Positions 34,154-47,100 of a DNA stretch of 64,000 bases are shown piece by piece (within the stretch, counting starts at the first letter, position 1; every line of letters starts with the position of its first letter). The DNA comes from Obrimoposthia wandeli. Taxonomy: Eukaryota. The stretch covers positions 62,001 to 126,000 of the forward strand of contig CDROCS010000582.1 of NCBI GenBank assembly GCA_977020255.1, written 5' to 3'. The translations under genes were made by a program, and so were the position numbers. The notes beneath the pieces were generated by a model, which worked only from the letters and a program-made list of their open reading frames with translations, did not search any database and was not told the origin of the DNA.

Positions 34154-34540
34154 TGCAAGAATATATTAAAGATTTTGAGGTTTTCATTATCAAAAATGGA
34201 GATTATATTACAAAATAATTATGTATTATGGATATATGCGACGTTTTTCATCCGTTGCATTTCATATTTCATCTAGATATCCCGTTCAGGAGTTTAGATT
34301 ATAAGAAAATTTACTCATTTATATCTCACTAATTATTATCATTTATTTAAATGGAAAGAAGTACATAAGGCTTTTTATGAAATATGTATTTTCGATACAA
34401 TTAAATCTAATTTTGATATTGAAAATGGATTTTTTATGTTTTAGATGAAATGGATTGCAAAAAGTATAAGACTTTAAAAAAATATTTTCCTAAATTGAGA
34501 TTGAATACCTTCAGGAAATGTATGATATTTAAAAGATATG
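34154..34540 (+). pseudogene. Decayed ORF with a DEDD-exonuclease-like N-terminal motif, probably a Polinton accessory gene
   Basis: MQEYIKDFEVFIIKNGDYITK*(E)LCIMDICDVFHPLHFIFHLDIPFRSLD after one frameshift; DxE...KEL...HFxF pattern recalled from Polinton-linked ORFs. Confidence 0.35.
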
Positions 34541-34584
34541 GGAAACATAAATTAACAAGGTGTTTAGATTATTTGTGATATTTT

Positions 34585-35512
34585 AGATGATTTTCCAGTA
34601 GCACCTATTCATCAATGTCCACCTAATTCAAAGGTTAAGAAATTATTGTTAACACATGAAGACAAGTTGAATTATGTGGTGCATTGGCGGCTTCTTCAAT
34701 TCTACTTAAAGTTGGGAGCGAAAGTCACTCGAATTCATCGGGGTTTTAGTCAAAACTATGTGTTTAAAGATTATATTCAGAAGAATTCTAGAAAACGTAA
34801 TTTGGCTACTAGCAAATTCGATCGGGATTTTTACAAGTTAACAAGTAATAGTATCTTTTGAAAAACTGTAGGGTACTTGTGGAAACGTATTTGTATACGG
34901 TTTTGCAATGATGAGCGTAAACTAATAACATATACTAGGTCAAATATAGGTCAAACGGTTTTAGACATTTCTAAACTCAGAATGTACGAGCTTCAATACA
35001 TAGAATTAGAGAAATATCGACAAGAATTCAATTGTGAGATCAAAATCGAAGCTGGGGACACTGACTCTTTCTTTTTAGAATGTAGGAATGTTAGTTTAAA
35101 TAATCAATTATTACCAGGAAAGTTTAGGGACAACTTATTAGATACCTATAAATATCCAGTTAACCATATGGGTTTAAAGGATATTATCGGGAAATTTAAG
35201 GATAAAAGTGAGGGACAGGTTTCGTATGATAATTTTATTTTCCTACGCCCTAAATGGTAAAGTTTACATGCATCTAATAATATATGTTCAATGAGAGCAA
35301 AGGGTGTGGGAAGAAACAATATTATACATGAGGCCTACCGGAAAGTTTATGATACTGGGTGTATTGAAAGCGTTGAGCAAACTAGATTTATTTCAAGAGC
35401 TCATCAACTGTATTCCCATATGTCAACAAAAATCGCTTTGAGCAGTAATGATGACAACCGCTTTTGGGTAGAAAAGAACGTTAGCCTGGCTTATGGACAC
35501 TTCCAAATTTAA
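34585..35512 (+). pseudogene. polB: Polinton C polB 3' fragment (close relative of D)
   Basis: Near-identical by eye to ~61190-62228 (KLLLTHEDKLNYVVHWRLLQF, GDTDSFF, RAKGVGRNN), with deletions and frameshifts. Confidence 0.95.
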
Positions 35513-35659
35513 ATGATTTTCATTTTTTGATTTTTTTAAAATTTTAGATCTTTATGCACCTTGACTCTAACTTTTTGTTATTTCGATACTTTTATAGGTT
35601 GGGCCTTATCTTTGCTGACAGATTTCCATGTGATATTTTGTACCCAAAGAGTATGTTAT

Positions 35660-36379
35660 AAGTTTAGTTTCTCAAATAGGATAACAAGCATTGTTTTTTT
35701 CCATTCCCATATTATGTGCCATTAAAACTGATTGCTCGGTTTTAACTCTTCGGACATATAACTTTGCATCCAAAATATCAAGTCTAGGTTTTAGAATGTC
35801 TGTGCTTATCAAAGAAAAATTCCATTTATTACGTTTCAAACGAAGATGTACATTAACAGCCGGAATTAAATATTTCGGTTGTTCAAAAAGGTTCAATCTC
35901 ATAGACCCACACATTTCGTAAGCTTTAGATTCTGCAATCCATTCTTTGCGAGTTGCAGCCGTTTTATCAAATTCAATGGTTGCCAAATTAGTATTTTGAG
36001 TATCAATACTATAATTCAATATACTTTCAATCAAAGCTTTATGAGCATAGGAAGAATTTCCCCCTTCAATTTTGACATAATTAAGAGTAATAATGACTTC
36101 ACTAAATAAATAATTAAAAAGATAATTAGCAGGTGTTTCATCGGCATTTTCCGCTAAATTAGTACCATCTCGATTTAATCCTTTTATTTGAACATAAAGC
36201 AAAGTATCATTCAAATCTAAATACTCACTAATGGAACCATTAAAATTAAATTCTAAATCGGTTAAAGTGGTTCCTAAAATTGAGTTAACTATAAATATTT
36301 ATTCAAAGGAAGCATTATCTACAACTGCTTGTGGAAGTGGTTTATCAAAAATACACAATTCTGTTTTGGCGCAACTCAT
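35660..36379 (-). pseudogene. Polinton C major capsid protein, N-terminal ~240 codons (3' half and protease deleted)
   Basis: MSCAKTELCIFDKPLPQAVVDNASFE*...YLDLNDTLLY...QPKYLIPAV...MEKNNACYPI; near-identical to 63379-64000. Confidence 0.92.
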
Positions 36380-36579
36380 TTTGTAACTATTGTTCCTTAA
36401 ACTTTCTTACGTTTGTTTATATTAATTTTTTGCTTCTTTTTGCATTTAAACCCACCAGCTTCTTCGATTTCATTTGATTTACCTTTTTAAATCAAATAAG
36501 CAACGCCAGGTAAAATATTATCAAGTTCATTAAGTTCTTAAAATTTGGTATTATTTTATTATCCTTAGATAAAAGGTAT

Positions 36580-36715
36580 ACCTTTCCTAATGTTGATACA
36601 AATCGCCCGAGTCTCTTCTAAGCCAGCCGGATCCATATTGTTTACCATCAAAATATGGTAATTCTCCACCTTGTTGGCTTTGACTATAAGCTTTAATTAT
36701 TGCCGGATTCGCCAT
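36580..36715 (-). CDS. Small Gly-rich Polinton ORF between penton and capsid (putative core/maturation protein), frameshifted
   Basis: MANPAIIKAYSQSQQGGELPYFDGKQYGSGWLRR; overlaps the penton stop region. Confidence 0.55.
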
Positions 36716-37738
36716 TTTGTTGTCTTAAATGTAATTTTAAACTTGTCTTGGCTTCGAAAGTGAAATCTATTAGTTGTCCGGAATCATCTCTAATATTTAC
36801 TTCAATATTGTTTATAGAAAAAAGAGCAACTGGAAGATACATTGGTTGATCTATGCAAATACCGATAACGTCCCCAACTCTAGTTTAACTTTGAGATATC
36901 CATATTTTTCTCAAAAGTGGAACTCGTAGTCCTCCTACAAGCATTGGTTCTATTAAATTACTATAAATATATAAATGATTTATAGCATTTAAAAGTTTTG
37001 CTTTATTTTTTGCTTAACTGGTTTTTATTGTACGGGTTTCAAAGGTATTTCTATTTAAACTGAGATTTTTAGCTAGTTTATCATCATATGAAACCCATTT
37101 TACATTGCTCTTTACTGTAAACGTCAATTTACCATTTTTAATGTTACACATTTATCAAAATATTCCTTCTGTATTTACATAAATTCACTTCACTATCTAT
37201 TTTATAATATTTTGAAAACATTTTCAGTTCCACTACATTCTTTGGTCTCGTTTCAAGTAACAACACTCTTGCTACTCTACCAGAAACATTTTTAACAGAT
37301 TTAGATGAGACAATATCCGATCTCTTCATACCTACTACATGTTCACTATCAAAACCGAATTGAAGAGCTTCTTTTTCAGATTCAAATGTAATTTGAATAA
37401 CTTGAATAAATTTTAATCGATTTTTAAATCTGACTTTTTTTTAATATATTTTACTTTCACTTCTCTATCTATACAAGTGTAATAGAATTTTTCTTTACTA
37501 TCAAACAAGATCACAATTTCATTTGTTTTTTCATAATTAAATTATTTTGCAAACGAAACATGTGAGTTTTTTTATAGTAATTGGAGAATAATAAAAATAA
37601 AATTCTGTTTGAGCCACTTCCCATTCTCCTTGGAGATTTATAGGATTTTTCCCAATCGATAATAAAGCTAATAGCGTCATTATCCGGCCGAGTCTTCCGG
37701 CTTCCGTTACTAGGTAAAACCATATACATAGACTTCAT
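36693..37738 (-). pseudogene. Polinton C minor capsid (penton, single jelly-roll) gene, frameshifted
   Basis: MYMVLPSN..DN.A..F, PINLQGEWEVAQTEF, HLYIYSNLIEPMLVGGLRVPLLR, YLPVALFSINNIEVNIRDDSGQLIDF. Confidence 0.85.
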
Positions 37739-37794
37739 ATTATATTAGATGCTGATATCTAAGTTGGGTCTGAATAACCATGCCATTTAACAAA

Positions 37795-38610
37795 TTATTG
37801 TTTATGCTTACCTGTACCCTTAGATTTTAATATTTTTTGAATACGGAAAACACTAGGTTTATTTGATATTACTTGTAGTTCTTGCTCGTAAAATTTACCG
37901 TGAACGATATTATTGTCAGCATCTTTAATATTATACATTATTGGATTACTCTTATGATCAATTTTACTTATACAAAATATTTCATCGCTCCAATTCTGAT
38001 CAAAACTTTTAATAAATGGAGTAGAGCTAATTTTCAAAATTCGAACATATTCGTTTTTCTTATATTTAGCTTTTTTAACACTTTCTATTTTATTCCTGTC
38101 TATTCAAATATCCATAGAGATTTTATCAGTAAATCAACAGGTCTCATTCCCTTGAGACTTCTATGTTCAGAGTGATTTTAGACAAAACTTGGATCCATTT
38201 TTTATTTCCTTCTTTTGTGAAATACTTTTTATTCGATCTCTTAAAGTACGATTAAATCTTTCTACTACTGCTGCTTTGTACTGTGAAAACACAGAGTAAT
38301 GATTTATATTATTTTGTTTAAATAATGATTGAACTTGCTTATTATAAAATTATTTTCCTAAATCAGTTTGCACATTTTGTGGAATGTCCTTTTTTAATAT
38401 TTCTTTACTGGCTTCAAGCATAGCTATTGAAGACTTTGCTTTAACTGGAATTGCACGAGCCAACCTGCTAAATACATCAATACATGTTAAAATATATCGA
38501 TATCCCTTATTAATGGAAGCATATGGGATCATCTCCATCAAATCCATTTGCCATAAATTATTAGGACCGCTGGTTTTGTAAGCTCTAGTTGGAAACCTTC
38601 TTCTCATCGG
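37795..38610 (-). pseudogene. int: Polinton C retroviral-like (c-int) integrase with start of the chromodomain
   Basis: WQMDL (D1), ILTCIDVFSR, VQTDLGK*F (D2), KAAVVERFNRTL (E), FIKSFDQNWSDEIF, GKFYEQELQ. Confidence 0.92.
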
Positions 38611-38639
38611 CTTGTTCAGACTGTAATTATATTATACAA

Positions 38640-38935
38640 AACTTCAAATAAATCATCTACAACAAAAGATGGTAATGCTTTAAGAATACTCATTCTGTTA
38701 TGAGAAGAAGCTTTGGCCAAAGCTTTAAAATAGGGTATGCTTCATTGTATTTTCTTCATTTTAAAAAGTTCAATTTTAATATTGTTTATATTCGAAGCCA
38801 TTTAAGTTTTCTTTTATTTCGAACTACAGACTTGATTAATTTATTCACATATTTAAAATTTTTTAAATTTGATTTCTGAGGCTTTGCCTTTACTTTACGT
38901 TTACGTTTCACTATCAACTTCTTAAAAGGCATTGC
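38640..38935 (-). pseudogene. Two small basic Polinton ORFs upstream of the integrase
   Basis: MPFKKLIVKRKRKVKAKPQK.. (from 38935) and ..PYFKALAKASSHNRMSILKALPSFVVDDLFEVLYN (from ~38800). Confidence 0.4.
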
Positions 38936-40639
38936 AAATTAAAATTTTGTAATTGTTCTCTATTTGTTTATAAACAGTTACTCACTTAGATTTAAATATG
39001 TCGGTTAAAACACGTAAATAATCTGGGCAAGCTTGTGTAAAGTCCGCAATTGTTATGAAAATGAAGAAATTATTAATGTTAAGCAGTTCCGTAGAGCATC
39101 GGTTAACAATCAGCTTCGTACAACATTTACATCTAAAGTTACCTAAAAATGTTTTAATGATAAAAGGAGATGAGTTTGTAAGAAAAAAATCCTTGGTCAT
39201 TTTAGTTTAAATTAATAATTTTTAAATATGTTATCTAGTTTTGTTGTTGTTCTTTGATTTTTAATGTATATTATCATTTGTACACACACATTCATTCGTT
39301 TCTATATAATAATACAACTCTGTGTTTAATCGCTTTATTTAATATATAGAATTAATTTGATTATTTGACCAATTTTATAGAAGTTAGGTTTTTATATAAT
39401 CGAAACACGTTAGTTTTAAAATCATTTCATCATTATGGCATTAAGCACTTTAGACATGTTATGTGGTTTTCGAATCAAAAAAGACATTTTAAAAATCTAT
39501 ATATTACAATGTTTTTCATTATATTGTGCTCCGGAACTTTTCGAAGCAAGCATAGTAGATACTTTTCATTACCATCAAATTAAGGTTTTATTTAAAATAT
39601 TTAATAAACATTTATAGCTTTGGGAGACCTTCAATACCACTATTACCATGAGACGCAGTATTGTAATCATATGAACACATGGTTTTTATTAATCAATATT
39701 TTGAAATGCCAAAGGGACTGATCGGTAATCCAGGGCTCCCCTTTTAGGAGGCTCCGCAAGGGAGACTTTGGTTACTTAATATCATCATCCTTATTTGAAA
39801 CGATGGGAAATAGCGCAATAATATGAATAATAATGAAATAATGAATAATAAAAGTAAGAAACAAATGCTTTCATATATTTAACTACAAATGCATTAACAA
39901 ATATCCTATATAATATTTCCCGCAAAACACAAATAAGGAGGCAGTAATAAATGAAAATATGTAATATCGATTATAACGAGAAAAATAACATCAAAACTGC
40001 AGAAACTCATAAAGTTATAAAAATAACACAGAAAACAAATTCCTGATTAGAGGCCCCTAACCCGAATAATGGATCTAAATAAATAACCCGTTAAACACAT
40101 TTTCCAATAAAAGTTAGCTTTGAAAAATACACGAACAAAGAAAATGAAAAGGGGACGCATAAATGTATAAAACATCTGGATAAGACATCTGGACGTTGCG
40201 ACACAAACTTAGGCATATAAAACTTTACTCCGAAACTTCAGCATTTCAGAAAAAAACTGTTTTAATTGTAAGTACAACAATAACGCAAATACATCTTCAT
40301 TAAATACATAAGTTTCAGAGCGAATAATTCCAATTGTACAATTAGAGATTCCATAAAACAACAACACACATCTGAATACTGGTCAAATATGTGCATAGGC
40401 ACCACTCCCTTTAGCTCTCCAAATCTCTTCTACATATTAGGCCAAATTTCAGATAAAAAACACAAGTTAACGAAAACCAAAATAATTTTAAAAAATCGCT
40501 GGAAGACTTACATCCATCTTCTGACAAATCTCAAGTATAACATGCATGTTTCCCCATTAACTTGTTCCTATCGAAGCATACTAATACGGTTAGCAAATTT
40601 TGCTAGATGCATTAAAATAAAAAATCCATTTCTCTAAAA

Positions 40640-40897
40640 TATATTTCGACAAATGTAGCGCCATCATCCGTTAAAACGGAAATTTTCAAACAAAAAATCC
40701 GACTGGTTAATGAAAGCCACATAGGCTAGGATAATTTGAAAAGAATTGCTTTGATTAATTAATGGGATATTAAAGTATTTTGAAATGTTTTACATAATTT
40801 TTTCACGCTCTTTAGAAAATTGCATTTACTCGACGGATACATTTTGTTTAAATATTACCTTTTTAACAGATAATGGTGCTCGATGTGTCGAAATAAA
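40640..40897. mobile_element. Possible MITE (~258 bp) with imperfect ~35-bp TIRs
   Basis: ATTTCGACAAATGTAGCGCCATCATCCGTTAAAA versus the reverse complement of TTTTAACAGATAATGGTGCTCGATGTGTCGAAAT. Confidence 0.45.
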
Positions 40898-41160
40898 AAT
40901 ATGAAATAAATACACAAAAATGAAGCTGTATTCAACAAGAAAAACTCAAAAATAAATATTTAAAACGACAAAATAATCCATTTATTTAAAGGAGATTCTT
41001 CACTAAATTGTCTTAAAATTTGGATTTAAAACATATTTGATATAATCTTTAAATTCTGAAATTTAAACATCTCAAATAAATTAAAATCGTTATGAAAACC
41101 AATTCTGTGTAAATTGAGCGTTTCCGAACTTAGAGACCGAAAGTTAGCAGGACGGAACTA

Positions 41161-44100
41161 TTACTCGAATTTTGGAAGCGTCTGTTTGAAAGTAGAATTC
41201 ATTTTGGCGCGAAGCGTCTCTGAGAGATTCTTGACATCAGCTTTACTGAGACCCTCAGTGGATTCTGGCGGTAGACAAGTGATGACAACGCTGCCTGTAG
41301 GTGGAGAAACAGATAATTACTGCCTTACAAAACAATATTATAAGCTGCTAGAAGATCTCTACGACGTATTTTGTGCATTAACGTACTTTATTCCATGACC
41401 AAAATTAATCGAATAGATCAATGTACCATGGTTCCCTTGGCAAATTTGACTTGCATTGTATAAATATAATATTTTCGCGATTTTCAAAATTCTTTACTGT
41501 TAAATATGCCAGCTTCTTAATTAAATATCTCAGCGAAAATTTTAAACAAAACCATAACAATTATATTCAAAATAAAGAAAAGTGTTAGTACAAGTGAACA
41601 TTTAATAAAGCTCCATTGGTTACCGATCAATTCCAGAATTGAATTCAAGAATAAACTTCTATCACAAAACCGAAATATTTATCCGATCTTCTCGAGCCTA
41701 ATGCAGTGAACAAATATATATATATATATATCACTACTAACGATGATAAGTACAGCTTGGTCAAGAAATTCTCAATTAAGAAAGTGGCAGATTATTTGAA
41801 ATTTATGATCCGATTCTTGACAACAATCTACCGATGAATATAAACAGCTGTAACAATGTTGAAAAATTCAAGCAGCTGAAAACTTTAGTTCAGAAAATAT
41901 TAAGGATAATACATACCTCGGGGAGCATGAAGCGTTATATTAAATATATTATTGTTGTCGAAAATATAGAATTAATAGCAATTTCTACCGTATTGCAATT
42001 ATCCCATTAAATTACAATCAGCCAAACCAGAAACAGAAACGTGACTTGAAAGAAACAGTACTCTGACTTATGGACTCGATCAATGCTTACTGTGATTACT
42101 GACCAAGATTACCTGCGTGTTTAAAATTCTAATGTTTTCATTTCGTTCAAATATCAATTTATTTAATGTGTTCAATATTTTAACATCACGAATTCCAAAA
42201 TAGTAGAATACAAATTTACTGTCAAGGCTGCAAATTGAGGATTTTACTCTTCACTTATTTATAATCATGGTTTAATTACCTAAATACAGTGATGTGAAAA
42301 AACACTAACTATAAATAACAGTTTTATTATAAAATTGAAATAACTGCACTACTATGCTCTTTACCAATGATCTCAAACTAACGGCCAACGGTTAAAATTT
42401 TAAAAAATTAGCACGTTTTAATATTCTAACTAACTCTGTAATTATATTCACTTTAATGAAGTATATTAGTGCAATAATTAAAAAATTAGATTAAATTGTA
42501 ACCAATGTCTTTAACAAAAGATTATATATACAATGCGTTCTAAAAAAATGAAATTTTTCCTATCAATTTTAGAATAAGTTCCAAAAGGATAATTTAACTA
42601 AAATGTAACCTAACGTACTTATACTAAAGTCATTTATGATTCATAAAAATTTAATATTAAATACAATCACTTGATATTTATTACTATATTTACAATATAA
42701 TTTATTTTATTATTTTATTATTTGTTTTACTATTTTATAATTTATAAATGGCGGAATTTAAAATTGATATTGAAGCGACAATAATTAGACAATTTTTAAT
42801 ATTTATACTTAATGGACAGCCACCAATTGATATAGTTCGTCCATACAAAAAAGAAAATACAGATAGAGGAGCGCCATTTAATGCTATGATAGTATTTAGA
42901 ACTTTGAACGTTTGATTAAGATTAGTGAAAGTAGATAAGCGACAGGAAGTGGCAGAACCTTTAAAATTGAAAGTATTTACGATAAAATTAAAGATGTGAC
43001 TAAGCTACAAACCAATAATAATCGGAATGATTTGATATCAATATCATTAATTGAAAGTAATATGAGCCGAAGTAAAACCAATGTTTATATATTCCTGACG
43101 GACAGACTCTTGCTACGCCTGGATGAACTCTTGCTATTCCTTGCGGATGACAGACATGGCTTGGCAAATGCGATATCAAATCGATCGTCAAACCCATTCG
43201 TAAATCGGAAGACGTTCTTCTCTTGAGTCTCACTCTTTCTGTCGCAACATTTCTAGAGACTCAGTCAGGTGGAACGATGGCGGTGGATTCTGGTGAAGCA
43301 GTGCTGCGTACATTGGGATCCCGATTTTAATCCAAAGTCACTTACTTGACTATTTGAGTTGCTCATTCTCTGATATTCTTTTCCATGTCGAAGGTAGCAT
43401 TACACAAAGGTCAGATGTCCAATGAAATAGACATCAGTCCCACCACGAGTGATTGACATCGTGCACATCCGTGTCAAACGTTTACTATCATCGAAATATA
43501 AGATCAAAATAAACATTCAACTATAATGCCTCTGTCACAGCCGTGTCAGCCAATCATATTTCAATAAAGACTAAGGATTATTTAAAAAACGAAATTGTGA
43601 TCGATAGCATATTTAGACAATTTATTGACATTTTTGGTAATTGAATAAACAAACCTTCATTGAATAAAGTTGGAATTGTCACAATGTACAGCCTGACATT
43701 AGAAGTGAAACTGCTGTGGTGATTATATGTAAATACCGAGGCAACCAAATAAAGTTGATTAACTTATTTTTTTCTATTATCTCTGTAAATTGTTTACTAT
43801 GTAAATAATTATGGTAATTGATTTTTAAATTCGTGTTTTGGTTAGCAGCGCAGCTGTATCGTTAAGGTTGATTTGTATTGGATTCACAGAAATTAGTAAA
43901 GATATATATATACAGAAATATAATATTTAATCATTTTGAACGTTTGTTTTATGGAGCGGGTGAAAATGATTATGTTCAATTACAACGAATTTTAATTTAA
44001 AACTACTTAAAATTTTAATTCGAATATGTAAATATGTAAACGACTCACATTATAAAGACCTTTAAAAAATTTGAAGATATGAAAATAAATTCTACAAAAA

Positions 44101-47100
44101 CAGATTTGGAAAGTAATTTCAAATATCTCTAATAATACAGTTTTAAAATTTAACCAAGTTAGACAAAAGAGCGTTCATAAATCTTTTCATTTTTGGTACT
44201 TATTCAGAATTCCCCTCTCACTTTTAATTTAAAAATAATATAAAATATTTTAAAATTACTTAATCAAACGTATATTTAAGTTATTATATATATTTAAAAA
44301 TATAAATTTTCTCCATGTTAGCGCATTTAATGATCACATGGAATTTTTAAAACTAAGTTTGCTATATATTCAGATATGTTAATTAAAATGTAAACAAAAT
44401 AAAATTTCATATCTTTCACAAAACTTTAAAAAGTCAATTGAATTTTATTTCATTATTAAATTTGGAATGGAATTCTGAATAAATACCCATTTTTAGTAGT
44501 GTTTTGAAATTCCGTCTTCCTCTTCAGGTTTATCTTTTATTGGGTAATTTGAAAAGTTTAAGATTCAATTTTCGGCGAATAAAAGAAAAATTGTAGATTT
44601 GAGGTTGTAATACCGCAACGTAGGCTGCTAATTCAGAATCAGTAAATTATGTAATTTAAATGAACGTCTGTTGAATTTGTAAGGGTTTTTGAATATGTTA
44701 ATGTGGCTTTGAACCGTCTGCATATATAGTTTAAAATATATTAGCCTAGTAATAGTGAACTTTAGGTAAAGATTTAATGATATAGAAATAGATACCTCGA
44801 TTGAAGATCTTCTTATCTGGATCCATGAAAGATTTGTACGAGGAAATGACAATTGGAATGATGGGAAGCTGAAATTGAGGTAGAAACTGTTATTTAAAAT
44901 TTGTTTTTTAAAATAGTTCAAAAATATGTAAATCGTAAATTGTAAATTTTTAGACATAGCGGATTTGTTTTGAGTCATAAATATCAAATAAAAATTAATT
45001 TTAACAATAAAATCCCAATATTTTATGAAACATAATAATTAAAGATAAACTATTCAATATTTCAGATTCAAAATTAAATATTTGTCGAAAAATATTAAAA
45101 AATCTATATGAATATACACTTGTTTAATGTTCTTGAATTATTCTCTGTTTATATGATTGGCGCAATATGTGAAGGGTGTGGATCTAGGATTTGGCAAAGG
45201 GATAAGGCCTAGAGAGTAAAAGCCTCTTCAAAAGTTAAAACAGGTAGTTTACAGTACTACAGTTCTGTTTTCTATTGTAGACAAAATCCAAGAGTTAGAT
45301 TCCACAACACAATTTATATTATACAAGTTTAAATAGTAATGCTTAACCAAAGAAATGCAAATGTGGTTTCTGATTACATAACTACTGCATTTTTGAGAGA
45401 TATTTAGAATTAAAATAGGATTATGAATTATACCATCAGAATTTCAATTAAATGGTCAATATATTTGATATATATTTCCGTATAACATATAATTGATCAG
45501 TATAAAAAATATTGAACAATAATTTAAGTAAGTATTGGATATATTTTTAATAAGGGAAATGTAAATTAATTTATCGGTCAGTACAATAAATATTATTATG
45601 AAAAAAAATCCCTACGTCAATTTTGTTATATATTTTTGTTTCATTCGTAATATTAGTACAAAAAAGCGTAAACATTGAATAGGTGCCATTATAGCTGTCC
45701 GGTAATGTATGACTGATTAACTCGTTCGATGTCATGGTAACATGACTAATATTAGGCCACTGAAATCATTTAAATAAATATGAAATCATGTGATTTAAAA
45801 AAAACTTGAAATAAATTTGAATTAAAATGAATTGCACACAAAATAAATATCAACATTTTTAAAATTGCGCATAAACAAACAAAATATACAGTAAAATAAA
45901 CTCTAATTTTAGTAAAACAAAAATAACATTTTACTTCAGTAAAACAAATTTTAGATCAGTAAAGCAAACATTATATTGGCTTGTAAATTTCTACCGTTTC
46001 TCTTGAGTTATAAACGAGAACAGTAAAAAATAACAACTACTAGGTATCCCTTTATCTAAACGTGAATAGGGACATGTGCATTATCTCAAATTAATAAAAT
46101 CGAATTTAATACAGTATTTAGAATATTTCTATATCATTTATTTGAACTAATATGAAATAATTTTAGCGTCAGTTTTACCACGTAATATTTGTAATGCTAG
46201 AAACGTTCAATTAAATTTAAAAAAACGTTCAACCGTCAATAAGAAAAATTCATTTTTCACATCTACCGGTGTGATTTGTAATAAATTATATTGTAAATTA
46301 GAAGGTCACTTAATTTGAGCGTAAAAACGACTTGAATGGTACTTAATGACAGTGTCATTACATGATGAGGGTGATAGTCAGTAGATACGGAGCTTCTGAC
46401 AAAGCGTTGGATTAGTGAGACTTCGTGAATAAGACCGATTTACTGTTGTTTAACTAGCGTAATCAATACAAAGTCGTTTCAACGGTCAATTCTCTCTATC
46501 CAGTCATTTTGTATCACACATTGCAGAAATCGTTTTCTACAAAAGAATTAAAATTATAGCTACATTGAATTTTTTTCGATTTAATGAATAAATTGGTAGC
46601 CTTTTGTTTATTTTCAATTCAACGCGATGCATCGACTGATGTGCACTATGTTCCCACTTTCCATTCGCAAGGTATGTTCAGTAAGATTCTCTTAAATAGG
46701 AGTTTCTGTTTTATTCCTCCCTTGAACTATCAAGAAATCAGATATTTTGGAAAGGTTCTCACTTTCTTTGAATCAGAAAGTCTTGTGGGATTATGTTTGT
46801 TAATGCTGTACATATGGAGCATTTGCTATGTTCGAGAAATAAAAAGAACCAAAAGTGAAATGCACTTTCTAAACGATATATCGGCAGGTTCTGGCCTCAT
46901 AAGCATCTTCAGATCCACTAGGGACGGTTATGGATTGAACACTTAAAATTATGTTTCTTGTCAAAGGAACTTTCAGTTCATGACTCTTTAAGCTGTTATG
47001 TATTAACTTAGGGCGATGTGTATCTTTCGGAACAAAGACACTTGGAGCCCACCCTGGCACTATTTTTTAATTTAAAATATTTGTGAAATGATTTTCAAAA

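Noticed and set aside
42748-43330. GC-richer fragmented ORF region in AGPAT intron 5
   Set aside because: A stop and a frameshift break the frame and no domain is recognisable; probably an old TE remnant that cannot be classified.
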